A stretch of 59,078 bases of DNA, filler included, from Catajapyx aquilonaris (Eukaryota): assembly GCA_000934665.2 (NCBI GenBank). It is 2 parts of 2 records of this genome, joined end to end, with 100 filler letters (N's around TTAATTAATTAA, not from the genome) between each part and the next. Parts side by side here need not be neighbours in the genome. Positions count along the whole stretch, not along the records: positions 29,555 to 59,078 come from JYFJ02004802.1; 1 more part is not named here. The stretch is one strand, 5' to 3'. Of the stretch, positions 50,429 through 59,078 are shown one piece after another. The notes below the pieces were generated by a model. The model saw only the letters and a list, made by a program, of their open reading frames with translations, was not told the DNA's origin and searched no databases. Position 1 is the first letter of the stretch. Every line of letters starts with the position of its first letter. The translations under genes and the position numbers were made by a program.

Positions 50429-50921
50429 ATCACCATATTTGTTGTTGTTATAGTGAAGATAATGTAACGAGAGTTTATCAGCCATAATTATGCTGCCATG
50501 CTTTTAATGTTTTCAAGGCCAATTTATTATTATAGTGGCTGCATACACAATCTAATTAATTAAATGTCGCACAGGTATAGTCGTTAAAAACACCAGCTGT
50601 AAAAATAATGAGGTTTTAAAATTTGGAAAAGAGTTGAGGAAAATGTATTTTTTGAAATTTCCAATAGCACATACAAAAAAATAAAATAAATTGTATCTCA
50701 TAATACATTTTTCCTTGGTAACATTTCCTCAAATGGCAGCCCAAATACATTCGATTTTAATAGAAATCGAAGCATGTTTTTTCTTTCTTCTGAGAAGTTA
50801 CTATGTCTCTCAAAATCCTTGCCACGACAATGCTATATGGGAATGGTCGCACATAATAATTAAACACTAATAAGCGACAGTTTGATCCTGGGTGAATATA
50901 GAGACTCGCAACACACGTTCC

Positions 50922-52349
50922 TCATTTCTTGTAATTGGGTGGCTTTTCCTTACCATGAACTACCTTGACATGCTCTCTGATATTATCTCTGCCTGCAAAT
51001 CTTTTCCCGCATATGTCACAAGCGTAAGGCCTCTCCCCAGTGTGCCTCTGCCGAATGTGGGCCTCTGCTCTGCTCTTCCTCTGGAAAGACTTAGAACAAT
51101 GGGGGCATTTGACCAGTTTTGGTGGAATCTTGTGCCTCCTCGTGTGAAGAGAGAAAGCACATTTGGACTTGAAGCATCTCCCACATTCTCCACAAACATG
51201 AGGTTCATCTTCCATGTGTAGCAACTTGTGCTCTTTCAAATTACTTGCCCAACGAAAAGCCTTACCACACACGTCACATTCAAAGGGCCTTTCCCCAGTG
51301 TGAGTAGAACCATGCCTTACCAAACTACTCTTAGTAGTGAATGTCTTTCCACAAACAGTGCACTTGAACCTTCTCTCTGAGCCTGCCTCTGTATGCCTCT
51401 TCAAGTGACGCTTGAGGTATTCCTCATTCTTGCTGAAGGACTTGTTGCAAACATGACACACGAGTTCCCCACAAGCATCATGGCAGGAGGAAGCGTGAAC
51501 CAGCAGCCTGAGCTCTGAGAAGGACTTGTCGCATCTGGTGCACTTGTGGGGCTTCTCTCCCGGATGGTCTTCCTTGTGTCTGATCATAGCTCCCAAAGTC
51601 TTGCATATCTTGCCACAAACATCGCACGGGAAAGTACTGTGGGCACTTCTGTGGGCTCTGGCCTTCTTTTCCTCATCAAAAACCATTCCACAGACTGGGC
51701 AAGGGAAAAAAGCCTGCGCCTTCATGCTCCCTTGATTTGCGCTTGCCTACAAATAAATAATAGCGTAACATTTTTTAACAATACAATTCTGCTTTCAATG
51801 CTATGTGACCCACCTTTCCTTTCTCCAGATTCTCCTTGAGATTCCCATCTGAATGGCTCTTCTTTTCCATCCTGAAACTCTTCAGAATTTCCGTTGTGGA
51901 AGAACCTTGCGCTGTCTGTGGCTCCGGTTTGACACTGATGGTCAAGATCAAACCACTGTCCGCAACTGTCTTTTCAGCCGAACCGGCTTCCTCCTGGTCA
52001 TGTCCTGCTGATGGCTGAAATTAAATGCATACGGATAAGTTAATCGTCATATTAGGGACTGGCCTCTGGGCAGTCCTCTGATATCGTGGTTATGATCTGA
52101 TCCCACATGATGCTCTCTCATACACCTTACTGATCAACAAAGAAAGATAATCCACATCATGCTTACCACCCTGCCGTCATCTTCCTTCCCTTCAACACCT
52201 CCAGCCCCTGCAGCATATCGTTCAAAGAAGCCAGTGTCCTCCTCCAGGCAGGAAGGCGTCTCCTCCTTGATCCTCAGGAGCCAAGTCTCCTCCGTCGTCA
52301 TCTCCTCGTCCTCCTCTTCCTTCTTGATGGTCTTCGGCATGGACGACAT
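50922..52349 (-). CDS. C2H2 zinc-finger protein, 9 fingers; exons 52167-52349, 51814-52014, 50922-51746
   Basis: Both introns GT-AG and phase 0, spliced frame open; acidic IKEE-type N-terminus; HTGERP linkers. Confidence 0.88.
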
Positions 52350-53869
52350 GGTCCTGGCTGCGGTCAACAATAATCAGTCGCTAGCAACAGAGTCATATGT
52401 CGTCATGGCCATTTCACACCCATTCAATACCAATAAATTTGTAAGCAGACCTGCTGTAGGCCAAAGCTTGTTTGTTTGTCCAGAGGTTATACTTCACCAA
52501 GTCAACTGGTTGCTGCAGGTCGTTGCCTTCCCGTCTTCCCACGCCTTCCTATTCGACTTCCGCCCACGAAATGATGGGCTAATGGCACGGGCTAATCGGC
52601 ATCCAATTAACAAGAACAATGATTAATTATACCTGAAGCACGTTGATGCGGAACAAAAAATAGCACGCTCGTCGCCACTCACTTGTCCTGTCAAGTAGCG
52701 TTGGGACATAAATCGCCTAGCAGTTGGAAATAGCTGCTACTATAACTGAAGCGAAAGGGCCGGCCTTTCGTCCCATATGCAACTAGCAGCGGACTAATGT
52801 TGCTTCTGAAAAAGAGCAGCTAACCCCATCGTTATAAGCAACGGGCCGCATTCGGATGGCTGCAATAGCAGGTACACTTAAGCGCTATTGAAGGTAACGG
52901 CTACTATAACCGCTACTGGCTATTGAGCTATTCATCAATCTTATTTTTTCTTTTTCACACGCAAATTCGGTTAATTATTCATTTAATAGGGATATAATTA
53001 TTATTTAATTATACATACATATGCACGTACACTTCACGGCATACAGAGGTAGCCAGAGGAGTCCAGGTTACATCTGGCCACCTCATTATATCAATTATTT
53101 AATTATGAACTATACAATTATTGTCATTACAGCGTGGAATGGCCCTCAAACTGTTCCATTCACGTATTACGCCAATAGTACTGTACAATGCGTTTATTTG
53201 GGGAATGGACTGCTTTGATTTGTTTGAACAGGTACAGACCTTCTTTATCAAGAAATTTTTGTTCCTGCCAAAAAATTCAGCTGGCTATTTTGTTCGACTG
53301 GAATCGGGCCGCAGACCATTAGCGGTCCGAATATTGAAGAATTTAATAAAATGGACACTGAAAATTTAACAAAAAAACTTAAAACCCAAATCGTTGACCA
53401 AACGTTGTCTAAATTTCGCATTAGTTAACCAAGTGCAACCAAATGCTACGAACTGGATAGAATCAGTGAACAGAGAGTTCATGAAAGTGGGGATTTCGGG
53501 GCACTGTTGGTTGCGTGACGACAGTGAATATTCAATATCACAACTTATCACGACTTATATCGATAATATGATACAGAACGATTATATATCGCTTAACAGA
53601 TCTAGGAAATATGCCAATATATTTTGCCCTAATCAAAGACACTCCATATCTGGAATCATATTTGAGTACAAATTTACCAGTACATCTGACCCGACTTTTG
53701 GCCAATCTCCGAAACAATTCCATGTGGTTCTACATAAATATAAAATTCAATTCAATGAGGATACAGAGTGCACTCTCTGCAACGCTAAGGAACCTTTCAC
53801 TTTGTGCCATATGATATATGACTGCACATTCTTTTTGACCCCGAGAAAGTTACAGCTGATACCCTGGCC

Positions 53870-54798
53870 CAAAGAGCTTATACTAGGAAGAGTGGAAAAA
53901 ACAGCTGGTAGCATAGCAACCGTGTCGCCAATCGACTGACCTGCCACCTGGCGAGTCGACAGCGAAACTCGATACTGTATTGTACAATACGGTAGATCGA
54001 GGCAGTGCCGGAAATAATGCAATAAAAGCCCCAGAGGTTGGAAATAAGATATTAGCACTCGTATACTCTCGTTGGTGTAAAAATTGACGACAAAACACGA
54101 TGTAGAAGACCTGTGAATAAAATACCACCACGAAAAGCAAATTGTTTGCCAGAAGTTTATTGCCACTACTATAATCCCACACTGCGCTATACAATACACA
54201 CCACGGTAGGCTACTGTACACACTGGTCATGATGCTGAACATGGTCATGACAGGAAGATCTACCCCCCGCTGCTATGTCCATCTTGTGGCGGGACGGGCT
54301 TGTTCTTCTATACCGTGAACTCGAGAGCCGTGGAGGGTCCTTTGGTAATGAAAAGAATGCGATCCGAGACCCCATGCGCGAACAGCAGTAGTAGCACTCG
54401 GCACCCAACCCCCGATCGTCTACACCCCACTATGCTGGCCTTGGAACTGGTTCCATTTCAAAATTCGAACGTGATTTCTAAGCAACGAGGTGATTATTAT
54501 TTGTATTGTTAGGTGCAGGGTGGCCAGCTGCGCAGAATATCAGTTTCGGGTCCAAAATTAGTTCCTTAACCCCATACGACCTCATATTGGTCAGTTTTTA
54601 GATTTATAACTCTTAATTATGTGCCTCTTGATATTAAATCAACACAGTTTATTGAAATTCCTCTCGACAGCACTCGACGGTGCCGCCTAGTGGCGCCGCG
54701 TAGTGAGCCAACAGCAAAACACGTTGGCCAAACAACTGGCCAAAAAGTGGCGACGCTTGGAAACCGTTTTTTCCACTCTTCCTAGTATAAGCTCTTTG
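53870..54798. mobile_element. Non-autonomous P-superfamily element with THAP-like remnant
   Basis: 31-bp TIR CAAAGAGCTTATACTAGGAAGAGTGGAAAAA; perfect 8-bp TSD CCCTGGCC; minus-strand CYYCCSRMGSRIAFFSLPKDPPR. Confidence 0.8.
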
Positions 54799-54961
54799 CC
54801 CTGGCCCTCACTTCCACCTGATAAATACTATTATTTGTTCGTAGACATGCCAACTGTTCAAATATACAAACTCTACTCTTTTTTTAAAGCAGCCACTTCA
54901 CTACTCCAGTTCGCCGACATTGTTCTGTAATTGCCCCATGTTCCACGCCTGGAATGCAAAC

Positions 54962-55172
54962 GGGCAATTCCATGGCGCAGCCGTCCGTACGTAACGCAAG
55001 TGTTGCCTACGTGCACAAGAGTATTTTATTATAACAATGCCAGGATGCATGCACTGCAGGCTTAATCCATTTCATGTAATGTGTGGGTATTGGTACAATA
55101 AAATACGCTAGTACATGTCTGCAAAACCTGCGTTACGTACGGACAATATGGCCGCCTTTCGTGGAATTGCCC
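54962..55172. mobile_element. Sola2-like MITE
   Basis: GGGCAATTCCA / TGGAATTGCCC with perfect 4-bp TSD AAAC. Confidence 0.75.
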
Positions 55173-55397
55173 AAACCTGTGCATCGATTCTCAATTACAC
55201 CCAATGCCATTTTTATCTCCTTGTTTTGTACTAATTGACAGTAGTTTAAAAGGGGTGTCAACACCTTAGCAGGACTGATGTGTCACCAAGGCTGTCCGAG
55301 TGTTTGAATACCAATGTAGAGTGTTCCTTTTGCCTCCTTTCTTTTTCATTGACACACACTGTATCATATTACACAGCCCTCTCCATCCAAAGGGATA

Positions 55398-55753
<356 letters not shown>

Positions 55754-55775
55754 TCAGGCTCTGCATTGAGGTAGG

Positions 55776-56156
55776 ATATCGCCGGTTCATTACTACATAG
55801 TTCTAACTCCACTTTTGATGAAGCGGAGATATTTGAAGTCAAAGTTTGCACAGTACAACAATTAGACCATGAACATTGAAACGTAATGAGTTAATTTTTG
55901 CAATACTGTGGCTTACCTATACCCTACTCATATTTTGTGTTTAACAGTGCCAATGCCATTGTCGTTGTCTGTAACAGCAGCAACAATGGTGGAGTTAGAA
56001 CCTTTTAAATCACCTAATTTGAATTTTTTCAGAATCACATAAGTCTAACTCCAGAGTTAGAACTTCATAACACTAACGAAAAGTGGCAATGTGGAGTTGC
56101 ACCTCTTAAGTCACTACTTGGAGTTAGAACTATGTATAGTAATAAACCGTCGATAT
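55776..56156. mobile_element. Small IR element
   Basis: ATATCG.CGGTT.ATTACTA(TA)CATAGTTCTAACTCCA mirrored. Confidence 0.65.
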
Positions 56157-56349
56157 GTGTTTTGTTTCAGTAGCGACATAGGCGGAGAACCCTTGGGAGA
56201 ACCCTGATTCACATGAGTACCGCGGCGAATCAAAAAGTAATTCACAACTTTTTAAATATTGCATCTTCACTGCCGAAACTGAAACTGGCGTACAGTGTAC
56301 TTATGAAAGGGCAAGTATTTCTCTACTTTCAGACATAGTCATAGTTATA

Positions 56350-58802
56350 GGGGTGGTCGTTGCAGCCATGGAATTGTCTAATTATTCCAAATAAATTCTC
56401 AAGTTTGTCTTGATTGAGACGGGAGGTGAGAAGATATGTGTAATTTACTTCACTTGACAAATAGTCCAACAGAGAGAGAGAGTGCTCTTTATTGTTACTC
56501 GCAATCCAAGGGCAGTAGTTGAACTGATAAAACCTCCATTTTCAGCAACACAGTGATTCTCCCACTCATCCAAATAGGTCAGGAAATTCTGCAGGAAGAG
56601 GTACTCAGTGGAGTTTTTGCGCAGAGCTTCTCGGGGGACATGGGAAGCCATGATCACTATTAGCGGTCTGATTTTATTGACGAAGTTGTATGTTGCCTTA
56701 GAAGAACCATACTGCCGCTGCACGTCTCTGTCATAGAGGAATAGGCCCTTCAGTACTTCTGAACTGAAAAGTTGAAATGCCAAGTTTACTCTCATTTTGT
56801 CGAAGTTATTTGGCTTTATGTGGGCTTTCGTGATCCTCGGCATGGCTTTTAAGGATACATTGTCCTTCGTATCACTCTTCCAAGCAGCCTCAACATGTTC
56901 TATCCGCACTTCCCCTTCCGGGACCCTTGCACCTGTAGTGACAATGGTGTTTCTCACACATTTTATCAAGTGTGGAAAGTCAGACGCAAAATAGATCGTT
57001 CTTGTAGGATCTACAGGATGTTTTACTTCTGGAACTTGAGCGTTGACTCCAAATTGTTTCCACATATTACGATTCCAACTTGCCCCATCACAGGTGATAA
57101 AATCTACGAACAGTCCTGCCTTTTCACTTAAGATAATACCTTCAACTAGCACTTTTGCTAATAGGTTTCCCTTCAAATTGCCCCTTGTTCCAAATACACC
57201 GAGAATTTGAAGCCAGTCTCCAACCAATGGCTGAAACAGGAGTACCAAGCCATGGTCAGCAGATTCATGCTTCATGGCATCTGCTGTGAATGATCCTAAA
57301 TCTACAAATCCTACTGCTTGTCCTTCTGAATTTATTTCGATGGCTTCAGACAATTTCATCTCATCCACCAATATGCCTCCATGACGTTTAAAGACATCCA
57401 TCTCTTGGATTTTGGCAGCTACAGCATTAAATGTTCTTTCATTAAATCCAAATCCCCCCTTGTAGTATCTCAGATATGACCGAAGGCAAGAAGGACTTGG
57501 TACTACCATGATTTGTTGCTTTCGGATGTGCCTATATAACTTAGGACTTCTCATTTTCATGAGGATGCACTCAAGAATCTATTCCCTGCTATACTTCATT
57601 CCTTTTGTGCTGGTTCGTTTGCTTGCTTCAAAGCAGTGCTTAACTAGTAGCTGCTGCTTCACTGGCAACATGGCTATCCTTTTTTGAAACATGCTACTCC
57701 CTATACTTCTGTTTTCATCAAGCATGGTTTTCACTTTATTTCTCAAGTCAGCAATTCTGCTTTTCAGTGTCTTCACTAAACGATTCTTGGTCTTCAACTT
57801 AGAATGCAATGTAACCATTGGCTTCTTTGGTTTGGCCCTTTGTTTTAGAGTAAGCAACACCTTTCGCAAACATTTGCAGTGTATGCATGCCTTACCAGAT
57901 TAAGGTGCAAATCCCATGCATTTTCCATGAAGCAACATGTTTTCTCCGTGATACACCTGTGCAGACTTTGGCAACTTGTTAAACTCAGACAAGTGACCTG
58001 ATCCTGCACATAGAGGCATGCCTTCTGTTTTCAGAATAAGTTCTTGAAAACTTTTAGTTGAATGTACTATGACATCCTCGATGAAAATTCCTCGAAGGTA
58101 TATCCGGCACGACACTGCGTCAACCAACTGAGTGATGCACACCATTTTTGCGGCAAATACCTTTGAAACACCCACATGTTGTTGCATCTGCGGATATTCA
58201 ACTGTGCTCGATGTACTATTTGGGCATGGATTTTGGTTATTAAATAAATATGTAGCAAATACAACAGTGCTATCGTCACTCTGCAGATAGTGTTTTGCCC
58301 AGAACCTATTAGGTGGATCAACTGAGTAGATATCTTCCAACGTCACAGACTGAGTGACATCCAATTGCAAAACAGTGGTAAGAGACGGGTCTCCCGCTGT
58401 ACTTTCATCCGAATTTTTGAACTTTTTATTTTTTGGCCCTCCATCACTCATCACTACTGATCGTGATCGTCTCTTAAGAGGGGGTTTCTTTGTGAAATAC
58501 TTGGGCAGGTTGGGAAAGATGGTAGGGACTGCATCGTCAGAAAGCACAGGGCGACCTCTAGGAATTAAGACTGTTTTCCCACCAACAATGTGCGAATAGT
58601 TCCTGATGATACACTCCTGACTAAAATGAAGTTCACATACTTTGCATGAAGCATTCAGTTCCTTGTCTTTACGGGGAATGAGCTTCTTCCAAACTTCCAG
58701 TCGTGACGGATCTGTAGGAGCGCCAAACAGGCTCACCTTATTCCTGTTTGTCTTGTAGCCACTCGAACATCCTGGTACAAAGCAATGTGAAGGTCCAGGC
58801 AT
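56350..58802 (-). pseudogene. THAP-domain P-element transposase (THAP9/P-like), disrupted
   Basis: THAP (CFVPGC...P...W...CELHF...AVPTIF); catalytic-region motifs DEM, CDG, DFPHLIK, QDKLENLFG, NDHP; in-frame TAA at 57900 and TAG at 57579, frameshift in a (CT)n run near 56470. Confidence 0.92.
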
Positions 58803-59078
58803 GATGGTATATTGGTCAGGGGTCACAGCTCACAGCCCAGACCGGACAGTTGAGCGACAGTACTATAACAGCTGCTATAACAGTACGTTGTCAGCGCACC
58901 AAAGATGAGATAAGCCTACGGCCAATTCACTGTTCCTTCTTCCTTGAAACCTGACAGCCAGCCATCCAACCAACTCACTGTAATAGTCCAGTGCAATTAG
59001 GTTTTTACATGGAACAAATTAATAACAAAGCGCCCTTTTGGGGATATGTTCAGGACATGTCCTTGAACCTGTGGACAA

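Overview
Eukaryotic, arthropod-like genomic DNA made of two assembly pieces joined by an artificial 100-bp spacer (N44-TTAATTAATTAA-N44, 29455-29554), so the two halves need not be neighbours in the genome. Left half: four phase-compatible C-terminal exons of a huntingtin orthologue (minus strand, about 870 aa). Its introns are packed with fold-back TIR elements (hAT-, Tc1/mariner-, pogo-, Sola-, Kolobok-like) and tRNA-derived SINEs. Right half: two convergent ankyrin-repeat genes, an intact 3-exon 9-finger C2H2 gene with a decayed tandem paralogue, a Sola2-like transposase fragment, an RTEX-like LINE 3' end carrying a P-type non-autonomous element, and a THAP/P-element transposase pseudogene. 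The most unusual signal is a recurrent non-autonomous rolling-circle (Helitron-like) family with 6 copies or fragments. It starts TCTAATATATATAAAG, ends in a non-canonical CGAG|T after a train of four triloop mini-hairpins, and shows a seamless head-to-tail junction. Other notable patterns are palindromes nested exactly on the axis of other palindromes and tRNA-like Pol III cassettes inside DNA-transposon-like elements. Family assignments rest on recalled motifs and termini/TSD rules; no searches were run.
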